A stretch of DNA of 64,000 nt from NCBI GenBank assembly GCA_964016885.1, contig CAXHJY010000105.1, positions 62,001 through 126,000 of the forward strand, written 5' to 3'. Each line of letters begins with the position of its first letter. Positions within the stretch are counted from its first letter, which is position 1. Source of the stretch: Eledone cirrhosa (taxonomy: Eukaryota). Shown one piece after another: positions 15,001-30,000 of this stretch. The notes beneath the pieces were generated by a model that was not told the DNA's origin, searched no databases, and saw only the letters and a list, made by a program, of their open reading frames with translations. The position numbers and the translations under genes were made by a program.

Positions 15001-18000
15001 CAGGAAGTTACTAACACTCTTTCATTCCACTAACCTACAGGAAGTTACTAACACTCGTTCATTCCACTACTTTATAGGAAGTTACTAACATTCCTTCATT
15101 CCACTACTCTACAGGAAGTTACTAACACTCTTTCATTCCACTACTCTACAGGAAGTTACTAACACTCTTTCATTCCACCACTTTATAGGAAGTTACTAAC
15201 ACTCTTTCATTCCACTACTTTATAGGAAGTTACTAACACTCTTTCATTCCACCACTTTATAGGAAGTTACTAACACTCTTTCATTCCACTACTCTACAGG
15301 AAGTTACTAACACTCCTTCATTCCACTACTCTACAGGAAGTTACTAACACTCTTTCATTCCACTACTCTACAGGAAGTTACTAACACTCCTTCATTCCAC
15401 TACTCTACAGGAAGTTACTAACACTCCTTCATTCCACTACTCTACAGGAAGTTACTAACACTCTTTCATTCCACTACTTTATAGGAAGTTACTAACACTC
15501 CTTCATTCCACTACTTTACAGGAAGTTACTAACACTCCTTCATTGCACTACTCTACAGGAAGTTACTAACACTCCTTCATTCCACGAATTTACAGGAAGT
15601 TAATAACACTCCTTCATTCCACTACTTTATAGGAAGTTACTAACACTCCTTCATTCCACTACTTTATAGGAAGTTACTAACACTCCTTCATTCCACTACT
15701 CTACAGGAAGTTACTAACACTCCTTCATTCCACTACTCTACAGGAAGTTACTAACACTCCTTCATTCCACTACTCTATAGGAAGTTACTAACACTCCTTC
15801 ATTCCACTACTTTATAGGAAGTTACTAACACTCCTTCATTCCACTACTCTACAGGAAGTTACTAACACTCCTTCATTCCACTACTCTACAGGAAGTTACT
15901 AACACTCTTTCATTCCACTACTTTATAGGAAGTTACTAACACTCCTTCATTCCACTACTCTACAGGAAGTTACTAACACTCCTTCATTCCACGAATTTAC
16001 AGGAAGTTAATAACACTCCTTCATTCCACTACTTTATAGGAAGTTACTAACACTCCTTCATTCCACTACTTTATAGGAAGTTACTAACACTCCTTCATTC
16101 CACTACTCTACAGGAAGTTACTAACACTCTTTCATTCCACGAATTTACAGGAAGTTACTAACACTCCTTCATTCCACTACTCTACAGGAAGTTACTAACA
16201 CTCCTTCATTCCACGAATTTACAGGAAGTTAATAACACTCCTTCATTCCACTACTTTATAGGAAGTTACTAACACTCCTTCATTCCACTACTTTATAGGA
16301 AGTTACTAACACTCCTTCATTCCACTACTCTACAGGAAGTTACTAACACTCTTTCATTCCACTACTCTACAGGAAGTTACTAACACTCCTTCATTCCACT
16401 ACTCTACAGGAAGTTACTAACACTCCTTCATTCCACTACTCTACAGGAAGTTACTAACACTCCTTCATTCCACTACTCTACAGGAAGTTACTAACACTCT
16501 TTCATTCCACTACTTTATAGGAAGTTACTAACACTCCTTCATTCCACTACTTTATAGGAAGTTACTAACACTCCTTCATTCCACTACTCTATAGGAAGTT
16601 ACTAACACTCCTTCATTCCACTATTCTACAGGAAGTTACTAACACTCCTTCTTTCCACTACTTTATAGAAAGTTACTAACACTCCTTCATTCCTTTACTT
16701 TATAGGAAGTTACTAACACTCCTTCATTCCACTACTCTATAGGATGTTACTAACACTCTTTCATTCCACTACTTTATAGAAAGTTACTAACACTCTTTCA
16801 TTCCACTACTTTATAGGAAGTTATATACACTCTTTCATTCCACTATACAGGAAGCTACTAACACTCCTTCATTCCACTACTTTATAGGAAGTTACTAACA
16901 CTCTTTCATTCCACTACTCTACAGGAAGCTACTAACACTCCTTCATTCCACTACTCTACAGGAAGTTACTAACACTCCTTTATCCCACTACTCTATAGGA
17001 AGTTACTAACACTCCTTCATTCCACTACTTTATAGGAAGTTATATACACTCTTTCATTCCACTACTCTACAGGAAGCTACTAACACTCCTTCATTCCACT
17101 ACTTTATAGGAAGTTACTAACACTCTTTCATTCCACTACTCTACAGGAAGCTACTAACACTCCTTCATTCCACTACTCTACAGGAAGTTACTAACACTCC
17201 TTTATCCCACTACTCTATAGGAAGTTACTAACACTCCTTCATTCCACTACTTTATAGGAAGTTATATACACTCTTTCATTCCACTACTCTACAGGAAGCT
17301 ACTAACACTCCTTCATTCCACTACTTTATAGGAAGTTACTAACAATCCTTCATTCCACTACTCTACAGGAAGTTACTAACACTCCTTTATCCCACTACTC
17401 TATAGGAAGTTACTAACACTCTTTCATTCCACTACTTTATAGGAAGTTACTAACACTCCTTCATTCCACTACTCTATAGGAAGTTACTAACCCTCCTTCA
17501 TTCCACTACTCTACAGGAGGTTACTAACACTCCTTCATTCCACCACTTTATAGGAAGTTACTAACACTCCTTCATTCCTTTACTTTATAGGAAGTTACTA
17601 ACACTCCTTCATTCCACTACTTTATAGGAAGTTACTAACACTCCTTCATTCCACTACTTTATAGGAAGTTACTAACACTCCTTCATTCCACTACTTTATA
17701 GGAAGTTACTAACACTCCTTCATTCCACTACTTTATAGGAAGTTACTAACACTCCTTCATTCCACTACTTTATAGGAAGTTACTAACACTCCTTCATTCC
17801 ACTACTTTATAGGAAGTTACTAACACTCCTTCATTCCACTACTTTATAGGAAGTTACTAACACTCCTTCATTCCACTACTTTATAGGAAGTTACGAACAC
17901 TCTTTCATTCCACTACTTTATAGGAAGTTACTAACACTCCTTCATTCCACTACTTTATAGGAAGTTACTAACACTACTTCATTCCACTACTCTACAGGAA

Positions 18001-21000
18001 GTTACTAACACTCCTTCATTCCACTACTTTATAGGAAGTTACTAACACTCCTTCATTCCACTACTTTATAGGAAGTTACTAACACTCTTTCATTCCACTA
18101 CTTTATAGGAAGTTACTAAATCTCCTTCATTCCACTACTTTATAGGAAGTTACTAACACTCCTTCATTCCACTACTCTACAGGAAGTTACTAACACTCCT
18201 TCATTCCACTACTCTACAGGAAGTTACTAACACTCCTTCATTCCACTACTTTATAGGAAGTTACTAACACTCCTTCATTCCACTACTTAATAGGAAGTTA
18301 CTAACACTCTTTCATTCTACTACTTTATAGGAAGTTACTAACACTCCTTCATTCCACTACTCTACAGGAAGTTACTAACACTCCTTCATTCCACTACTCT
18401 ACAGGAACTTACTAACACTCTTTCATTTCACTATTTTATAGGAAGTTACTAACACTCCTTCATTCCACTACTCTACAGGAAGTTACTAACACTCCTTCAT
18501 TCCACTACTTTATAGGAAGTTACTAACACTCTTTCATTCCACTACTTTATAGGAAGTTACTAACACTCCTTCATTCCACTACTTTATAGGAAGTTACTAA
18601 CACTCCTTCATTCCACTACTCTACAGAAAGTTACTAACACTCCTTCATTCCACTACTTTATAGGAAGTTACTAACACTCTTTCATTCCACTACTTTATAG
18701 GAAGTTACTAACACTCCTTCATTCCACTACTTTATAGGAAGTTACTAACACTCCTTCATTCCACTACTCTACAGGAAGTTACTAACACTCCTTCATTCCA
18801 CTACTCTACAGGAAGTTACTAACACTCCTTCATTCCACTACTTTATAGGAAGTTACTAACACTCCTTCATTCCACTACTCTATAGGAAGTTACTAACACT
18901 CCTTCATTCCACTACTCTATAGGAAGTTAATAACACTCTTTCATTCCACTACTTTATAGAAAGTTACTAACACTCTTTCATTCCACTATTCTACAGGAAG
19001 TTACTAACACTCCTTCATTCCACTACTTTATAGGAAGTTACTAACACTCCTTCATTTCTTTACTTTATAGGAAGTTACTAACACTCCTTCATTCCACTAC
19101 TCTACAGGAAGTTACTAACACTCCTTCATTCCACTACTTTATAGGAAGTTACTAACACTCTTTCATTCCACTACTTTATAGAAAGTTACTAACACTCCTT
19201 CATTCCACTACTCTACAGGAAGATACTAACACTCTTTCATTCCACTACTTTATAGGAAGTTACTAACACTCCTTCATTCCACTACTCTACAGGAAGTTAC
19301 TAACACTCCTTCATTCCACTACTTTATAGGAAGTTACTAACACTCCTTCATTCCACTACTTTATAGGAAGTTACTAACACTCCTTCATTCCACTACTCTA
19401 CAGGAAGTTACTAACACTCCTTCATTCCACTACTCTACAGGAAGTTACTAACACTCCTTCATTCCACTACTCTACAGGAAGTTACTAACACTCCTTCATT
19501 CCTTTACTTTATAGGAAGTTACTAACACTCCTTCATTCCACTACTCTATAGGAAGTTACTAACACTCTTTCATTCCACTACTTTATAGAAAGTTACTAAC
19601 ACTCTTTCATTCCACTACTTTATAGGAAGTTACTAACACTCTTTCATTCCACTACTCTACAGGAAGCTACTAACACTCCTTCATTCCACTACTTTATAGG
19701 AAGTTACTAACACTCCTTCATTCCATTACTTTATAGGAAGTCACTAACACTCCTTCATTGCACTACTCTACAGGAAGTTACTAACACTCTTTCATTCCAC
19801 TACTCTACAGGAAGTTACTAACACTCCTTCATTCCACTACACTATATTAAGTTACTAACATTCCTTCATTGCACTACTCTACAGGAAGTTACTAACACTC
19901 CTTCATTCCACTACTTTATAGGAAGTTACTAACACTCCTTCATTCCACTACTTTATAGGAAGTTACTAACACTCCTTCATTCCACTACTCTATAGGAAGT
20001 TACTAACACTCCTTCATTCCACTACTCTACAGGAAGTTACTAACACTCCTTCATTCCACTACTTTATAGGAAGTTACTAACACTCCTTCATTCCTTTACT
20101 TTATAGGAAGTTACTAACACTCCTTCATTCCACTACTCTATAGGAAGTTACTAACACTCTTTCATTCCACAACTTTATAGAAAGTTACTAACACTCTTTC
20201 ATTCCACTACTTTATAGGAAGTTACTAACACTCTTTCATTCCACTACTCTACAGGAAGCTACTAACACTCCTTCATTCCACTACTTTATAGGAAGTTACT
20301 AACACTCCTTCATTCCACTACTCTACAGGAAGTTACTAACACTCCTTCATTCCACTACTTTATAGGAAGTTACTAACACTCCTTCATTGCACTACTCTAC
20401 AGGAAGTTACTAACCCTCTTTCATTCCACTACTCTACAGGAAGTTACTAACACTCCTTCATTCCACTACTCTATATTAAGTTACTAACATTTCTTCATTG
20501 CACTACTCTACAGGAAGTTACTAACACTCCTTCATTCCACTACTTTATAGGAAGTTACTAACACTCCTTCATTCCACTACTTTATAGGAAGTTACTAACA
20601 TTCTTTCATTCCACTACTCTACAGGAAGTTACTAACACTCCTTCATTCTACTACTCTACAGGAAGTTACTAACACTCCTTCATTCCACTACTCTACAGGA
20701 AGTTACTAACACTCCTTCATTCCACTACTTTATAGGAAGTTACTAACATTCCTTCATTCCACTACTCTATAGGAAGTTACTAACACTCCTTCATTCCACT
20801 ACTCTACAGGAAGTTACTAACACTCCTTCATTCCACTACTTTATAGGAAGTTACTAACACTCTTTCATTCCACTACTTTATAGGAAGTTACTAACAGTCT
20901 TTCATTCCACTACTTTATAGGAAGTTACTAACACTCTTTCATTCCACTACTCTACAGGAAGTTACTAACACTCCTTTATCCCACTACTCTATAGGAAGTT

Positions 21001-24000
21001 ACTAACACTCTTTCATTCCACTACTTTATAGGAAGTTACTAACACTCCTTCATTCCACTACTCTATAGGAAGTTACTAACACTCCTTCATTCCACTACTC
21101 TACAGGAAGTTACTAACACTCCTTCATTCCACCACTTTATAGGAAGTTACTAACACTCCTTCATTCCTTTACTTTATAGGAAGTTACTAACACTCCTTCA
21201 TTCCACTACTTTATAGGAAGTTACTAACACTCCTTCATTCCACTACTCTACAGGAAGTTACTAACACTCTTTCATTCCACTACTCTACAGGAAGTTACTA
21301 ACACTCCTTCATTCCACTACTCTATATTAAGTTACTAACATTCCTTCATTGCACTACTCTACAGGAAGTTACTAACACTCCTTCATTCCACTACTCTACA
21401 GGAAGTTACTAACACTCCTTCATTCCACTACTCTACAGGAAGTTACTAACACTCCTTCATTCCACTACTTTATAGGAAGTTACTAACATTCCTTCATTCC
21501 ACTACTCTATAGGAAGTTACTAACACTCCTTCATTCCACTACTCTACAGGAAGTTACTAACGCTCCTTCATTCCACTACTCTACAGGAAGTTACTAACAC
21601 TCCTTCATTCCACTACTCTATAGGAAGTTACTAACACTCCTTCATTCCACCACTTTATAGGAAGTTACTAACACTCCTTCATTCCTTTACTTTATAGGAA
21701 GTTACTAACACTCCTTCATTCCACTACTTTATAGGAAGTTACTAACACTCCTTCATTCCACTACTTTATAGGAAGTTACTAACACTCCTTCATTCCACAA
21801 CTCTACAGGAAGTTACTAACACTCCTTCATTCCACTACTCTACAGGAAGTTACTAACACTCTTTCATTCCACTACTTTATAGGAAGTTACTAACACTCCT
21901 TCATTCCACTACTCTACAGGAAGTTACTAACACTCTTTCATTCCACTAACCTACAGGAAGTTACTAACACTCGTTCATTCCACTACTTTATAGGAAGTTA
22001 CTAACACTCCTTCATTCCACTACTCTACAGGAAGTTACTAACACTCCTTCATTCCACTACTCTACAGGAAGTTACTAACACTCTTTCATTCCACTACTTT
22101 ATAGAAAGTTACTAACACTCCTTCATTCCACTACTCTACTGGAAGATACTAACACTCCTTCATTCCATTACTTTATAGGAAGTTACTAACACTCTTTCAT
22201 TCCACTACTTTATAGGAAGTTACTAACACTCCTTCATTCCACTACTCTACTGGAAGATACTAACACTCCTTCATTCCATTACTTTATAGGAAGTTACTAA
22301 CACTCTTTCATTCCACTACTTTATAGAAAGTTACTAACACTCCTTCACTCCACTACTCTACAGGAAGTTACTAACACTCTTTCATTCCACTAACCTACAG
22401 GAAGTTACTAACACTCCTTCATTCCACTACTCTACTGGAAGTTACTAACACTCCTTCATTCCACTACTCTACAGGAAGTTACTAACACTCCTTCATTCCA
22501 CTACTCTACAGGAAGTTACTAACACTCTTTCATTCCACTACTTTATAGGAAGTTACTAACACTCCTTCATTCCACTACTTTATAGGAAGTTACTAACACT
22601 CCTTCATTCCACTACTCTATAGGAAGTTACTAACACTCCTTCATTCCACTATTCTACAGGAAGTTACTAACACTCCTTCATTCCACTACTTTATAGGAAG
22701 TTACTAACACTCCTTCATTCCTTTACTTTATAGGAAGTTACTAACACTCCTTCATTCCACTACTTTATAGGAAGTTACTAACACTCTTTCATTCCACTAC
22801 TTTATAGGAAGTTACTAACACTCTTTCATTCCACTACTCTACAGGAAGCTACTAACACTCCTTCATTCCACTACTTTATAGGAAGTTACTAACACTCCTT
22901 CATTCCACTACTCTACAGGAAGTTACTAACACTCCTTTATCCCACTACTCTATAGGAAGTTACTAACACTCTTTCATTCCACTACTTTATAGGAAGTTAC
23001 TAACACTCCTTCATTCCACTACTCTATAGGAAGTTACTAACCCTCCTTCATTCCACTACTCTACAGGAAGTTACTAACACTCCTTCATTCCACCACTTTA
23101 TAGGAAGTTACTAACACTTCTTCATTCCTTTACTTTATAGGAAGTTACTAACACTCTTTCATTCCACTACTTTATAGGAAGTTACTAACACTCCTTCATT
23201 CCACTACTCTACAGGAAGTTACTAACACTCTTTCATTCCACTACTTTATAGGAAGTTACTAACACTCCTTCATTCCACTACTTTATAGGAAGTTACTAAC
23301 ACTCCTTCATTCCACTACTTTATAGGAAGTTACGAACACTCTTTCATTCCACTACTTTATAGGAAGTTACTAACACTCCTTCATTCCACTACTTTATAGG
23401 AAGTTACTAACACTACTTCATTCCACTACTCTACAGGAAGTTACTAACACTCCTTCATTCCACTACTTTATAGGAAGTTACTAACACTCCTTCATTCCAC
23501 TACTTTATAGGAAGTTACTAACACTCTTTCATTCCACTACTTTATAGGAAGTTACTAAATCTCCTTCATTCCACTACTTGATAGGAAGTTACTAACACTC
23601 CTTCATTCCACTACTCTACAGGAAGTTACTAACACTCCTTCATTCCACTACTCTACAGGAAGTTACTAACACTCCTTCATTCCACTACTTTATAGGAAGT
23701 TACTAACACTCCTTCATTCCACTACTTAATAGGAAGTTACTAACACTCTTTCATTCTACTACTTTATAGGAAGTTACTAACACTCCTTCATTCCACTACT
23801 CTACAGGAAGTTACTAACACTCCTTCATTCCACTACTCTACAGGAACTTACTAACACTCTTTCATTTCACTATTTTATAGGAAGTTACTAACACTCCTTC
23901 ATTCCACTACTCTACAGGAAGTTACTAACACTCCTTCATTCCACTACTTTATAGGAAGTTACTAACACTCTTTCATTCCACTACTTTATAGGAAGTTACT

Positions 24001-27000
24001 AACACTCCTTCATTCCACTACTTTATAGGAAGTTACTAACACTCCTTCATTCCACTACTCTACAGAAAGTTACTAACACTCCTTCATTCCACTACTTTAT
24101 AGGAAGTTACTAACACTCTTTCATTCCACTACTTTATAGGAAGTTACTAACACTCCTTCATTCCACTACTTTATAGGAAGTTACTAACACTCCTTCATTC
24201 CACTACTCTACAGGAAGTTACTAACACTCCTTCATTCCACTACTCTACAGGAAGTTACTAACACTCCTTCATTCCACTACTTTATAGGAAGTTACTAACA
24301 CTCCTTCATTCCACTACTCTATAGGAAGTTACTAACACTCCTTCATTCCACTACTCTATAGGAAGTTAATAACACTCTTTCATTCCACTACTTTATAGAA
24401 AGTTACTAACACTCTTTCATTCCACTACTTTATAGAAAGTTACTAACACTCCTTCATTCCTTTGCTTTATAGGAAGTTACTAACACTCCTTCATTCCACT
24501 ACTCTACAGGAAGTTACTAACACTCCTTCATTCCACTACTTTATAGGAAGTTACTAACACTCTTTCATTCCACTACTTTATAGAAAGTTACTAACACTCC
24601 TTCATTCCACTACTCTACAGGAAGATACTAACACTCTTTCATTCCACTACTTTATAGGAAGTTACTAACACTCCTTCATTCCACTACTCTACAGGAAGTT
24701 ACTAACACTCCTTCATTCCACTACTTTATAGGAAGTTACTAACACTCCTTCATTCCACTACTTTATAGGAAGTTACTAACACTCCTTCATTCCACTACTC
24801 TACAGGAAGTTACTAACACTCCTTCATTCCACTACTCTACAGGAAGTTACTAACACTCCTTCATTCCACTACTTTATAGGAAGTTACTAACACTCCTTCA
24901 TTCCTTTACTTTATAGGAAGTTACTAACACTCCTTCATTCCACTACTCTATAGGAAGTTACTAACACTCTTTCATTCCACTACTTTATAGAAAGTTACTA
25001 ATACTCTTTCATTCCACTACTTTATAGGAAGTTACTAACACTCTTTCATTCCACTACTCTACAGGAAGCTACTAACACTCCTTCATTCCACTACTTTATA
25101 GGAAGTTACTAACACTCTTTCATTCCACTACTTTATAGGAAGTTACTAACACTCCTTCATTCCACTACTTTATAGGAAGTTACTAACACTCCTTCATTCC
25201 ACTACTCTACAGAAAGTTACTAACACTCCTTCATTCCACTACTTTATAGGAAGTTACTAACACTCTTTCATTCCACTACTTTATAGGAAGTTACTAACAC
25301 TCCTTCATTCCACTACTTTATAGGAAGTTACTAACACTCCTTCATTCCACTACTCTACAGGAAGTTACTAACACTCCTTCATTCCACTACTCTACAGGAA
25401 GTTACTAACACTCCTTCATTCCACTACTTTATAGGAAGTTACTAACACTCCTTCATTCCACTACTCTATAGGAAGTTACTAACACTCCTTCATTCCACTA
25501 CTCTATAGGAAGTTAATAACACTCTTTCATTCCACTACTTTATAGAAAGTTACTAACACTCTTTCATTCCACTATTCTACAGGAAGTTACTAACACTCCT
25601 TCATTCCACTACTTTATAGGAAGTTACTAACACTCCTTCATTTCTTTACTTTATAGGAAGTTACTAACACTCCTTCATTCCACTACTCTACAGGAAGTTA
25701 CTAACACTCCTTCATTCCACTACTTTATAGGAAGTTACTAACACTCTTTCATTCCACTACTTTATAGAAAGTTACTAACACTCCTTCATTCCACTACTCT
25801 ACAGGAAGATACTAACACTCTTTCATTCCACTACTTTATAGGAAGTTACTAACACTCCTTCATTCCACTACTCTACAGGAAGTTACTAACACTCCTTCAT
25901 TCCACTACTTTATAGGAAGTTACTAACACTCCTTCATTCCACTACTTTATAGGAAGTTACTAACACTCCTTCATTCCACTACTCTACAGGAAGTTACTAA
26001 CACTCCTTCATTCCACTACTCTACAGGAAGTTACTAACACTCCTTCATTCCACTACTCTACAGGAAGTTACTAACACTCCTTCATTCCTTTACTTTATAG
26101 GAAGTTACTAACACTCCTTCATTCCACTACTCTATAGGAAGTTACTAACACTCTTTCATTCCACTACTTTATAGAAAGTTACTAACACTCTTTCATTCCA
26201 CTACTTTATAGGAAGTTACTAACACTCTTTCATTCCACTACTCTACAGGAAGCTACTAACACTCCTTCATTCCACTACTTTATAGGAAGTTACTAACACT
26301 CCTTCATTCCATTACTTTATAGGAAGTCACTAACACTCCTTCATTGCACTACTCTACAGGAAGTTACTAACACTCTTTCATTCCACTACTCTACAGGAAG
26401 TTACTAACACTCCTTCATTCCACTACACTATATTAAGTTACTAACATTCCTTCATTGCACTACTCTACAGGAAGTTACTAACACTCCTTCATTCCACTAC
26501 TTTATAGGAAGTTACTAACACTCCTTCATTCCACTACTTTATAGGAAGTTACTAACACTCCTTCATTCCACTACTCTATAGGAAGTTACTAACACTCCTT
26601 CATTCCACTACTCTACAGGAAGTTACTAACACTCCTTCATTCCACTACTTTATAGGAAGTTACTAACACTCCTTCATTCCTTTACTTTATAGGAAGTTAC
26701 TAACACTCCTTCATTCCACTACTCTATAGGAAGTTACTAACACTCTTTCATTCCACAACTTTATAGAAAGTTACTAACACTCTTTCATTCCACTACTTTA
26801 TAGGAAGTTACTAACACTCTTTCATTCCACTACTCTACAGGAAGCTACTAACACTCCTTCATTCCACTACTTTATAGGAAGTTACTAACACTCCTTCATT
26901 CCACTACTCTACAGGAAGTTACTAACACTCCTTCATTCCACTACTTTATAGGAAGTTACTAACACTCCTTCATTGCACTACTCTACAGGAAGTTACTAAC

Positions 27001-30000
27001 ACTCTTTCATTCCACTACTCTACAGGAAGTTACTAACACTCCTTCATTCCACTACTCTATATTAAGTTACTAACATTCCTTCATTGCACTACTCTACAGG
27101 AAGTTACTAACACTCCTTCATTCCACTACTTTATAGGAAGTTACTAACACTCCTTCATTCCACTACTTTATAGGAAGTTACTAACATTCTTTCATTCCAC
27201 TACTCTACAGGAAGTTACTAACACTCCTTCATTCTACTACTCTACAGGAAGTTACTAACACTCCTTCATTCCACTACTCTACAGGAAGTTACTAACACTC
27301 CTTCATTCCACTACTTTATAGGAAGTTACTAACACTCCTTCATTCCACTACTCTACAGGAATTTACTAACACTCCTTCATTCCACTACTTTATAGGAAGT
27401 TACTAACGCTCCTTCATTCCACTACTTTATAGGAAGTTACTAACACTCTTTCATTCCACTAATTTATAGGAAGTTACTAACAGTCTTTCATTCCACTACT
27501 TTATAGGAAGTTACTAACACTCCTTCATTCCACTACTCTACAGGAAGTTACTAACACTCCTTTATCCCACTACTCTATAGGAAGTTACTAACACTCTTTC
27601 ATTCCACTACTTTATAGGAAGTTACTAACACTCCTTCATTCCACTACTCTATAGGAAGTTACTAACCCTCCTTCATTCCACTACTCTACAGGAAGTTACT
27701 AACACTCCTTCATTCCACCACTTTATAGGAAGATACTAACACTCCTTCATTCCTTTACTTTATAGGAAGTTACTAACACTCCTTCATTCCACTACTTTAC
27801 AGGAAGTTACTAACACTCCTTCATTCCACTACTCTACAGGAAGTTACTAACACTCTTTCATTCCACTAACCTACAGGAAGTTACTAACACTCGTTCATTC
27901 CACTACTTTATAGGAAGTTACTAACATTCCTTCATTCCACTACTCTACAGGAAGTTACTAACACTCTTTCATTCCACTACTCTACAGGAAGTTACTAACA
28001 CTCTTTCATTCCACCACTTTATAGGAAGTTACTAACACTCTTTCATTCCACTACTTTATAGGAAGTTACTAACACTCTTTCATTCCACCACTTTATAGGA
28101 AGTTACTAACACTCTTTCATTCCACTACTCTACAGGAAGTTACTAACACTCCTTCATTCCACTACTCTACAGGAAGTTACTAACACTCTTTCATTCCACT
28201 ACTCTACAGGAAGTTACTAACACTCCTTCATTCCACTACTCTACAGGAAGTTACTAACACTCCTTCATTCCACTACTCTACAGGAAGTTACTAACACTCT
28301 TTCATTCCACTACTTTATAGGAAGTTACTAACACTCCTTCATTCCACTACTTTACAGGAAGTTACTAACACTCCTTCATTGCACTACTCTACAGGAAGTT
28401 ACTAACACTCCTTCATTCCACGAATTTACAGGAAGTTAATAACACTCCTTCATTCCACTACTTTATAGGAAGTTACTAACACTCCTTCATTCCACTACTT
28501 TATAGGAAGTTACTAACACTCCTTCATTCCACTACTCTACAGGAAGTTACTAACACTCCTTCATTCCACTACTCTACAGGAAGTTACTAACACTCCTTCA
28601 TTCCACTACTCTATAGGAAGTTACTAACACTCCTTCATTCCACTACTTTATAGGAAGTTACTAACACTCCTTCATTCCACTACTCTACAGGAAGTTACTA
28701 ACACTCCTTCATTCCACTACTCTACAGGAAGTTACTAACACTCTTTCATTCCACTACTTTATAGGAAGTTACTAACACTCCTTCATTCCACTACTCTACA
28801 GGAAGTTACTAACACTCCTTCATTCCACGAATTTACAGGAAGTTAATAACACTCCTTCATTCCACTACTTTATAGGAAGTTACTAACACTCCTTCATTCC
28901 ACTACTTTATAGGAAGTTACTAACACTCCTTCATTCCACTACTCTACAGGAAGTTACTAACACTCTTTCATTCCACGAATTTACAGGAAGTTACTAACAC
29001 TCCTTCATTCCACTACTCTACAGGAAGTTACTAACACTCCTTCATTCCACGAATTTACAGGAAGTTAATAACACTCCTTCATTCCACTACTTTATAGGAA
29101 GTTACTAACACTCCTTCATTCCACTACTTTATAGGAAGTTACTAACACTCCTTCATTCCACTACTCTACAGGAAGTTACTAACACTCTTTCATTCCACTA
29201 CTCTACAGGAAGTTACTAACACTCCTTCATTCCACTACTCTACAGGAAGTTACTAACACTCCTTCATTCCACTACTCTACAGGAAGTTACTAACACTCCT
29301 TCATTCCACTACTCTACAGGAAGTTACTAACACTCTTTCATTCCACTACTTTATAGGAAGTTACTAACACTCCTTCATTCCACTACTTTATAGGAAGTTA
29401 CTAACACTCCTTCATTCCACTACTCTATAGGAAGTTACTAACACTCCTTCATTCCACTATTCTACAGGAAGTTACTAACACTCCTTCTTTCCACTACTTT
29501 ATAGAAAGTTACTAACACTCCTTCATTCCTTTACTTTATAGGAAGTTACTAACACTCCTTCATTCCACTACTCTATAGGATGTTACTAACACTCTTTCAT
29601 TCCACTACTTTATAGAAAGTTACTAACACTCTTTCATTCCACTACTTTATAGGAAGTTATATACACTCTTTCATTCCACTATACAGGAAGCTACTAACAC
29701 TCCTTCATTCCACTACTTTATAGGAAGTTACTAACACTCTTTCATTCCACTACTCTACAGGAAGCTACTAACACTCCTTCATTCCACTACTCTACAGGAA
29801 GTTACTAACACTCCTTTATCCCACTACTCTATAGGAAGTTACTAACACTCCTTCATTCCACTACTTTATAGGAAGTTATATACACTCTTTCATTCCACTA
29901 CTCTACAGGAAGCTACTAACACTCCTTCATTCCACTACTTTATAGGAAGTTACTAACACTCTTTCATTCCACTACTCTACAGGAAGCTACTAACACTCCT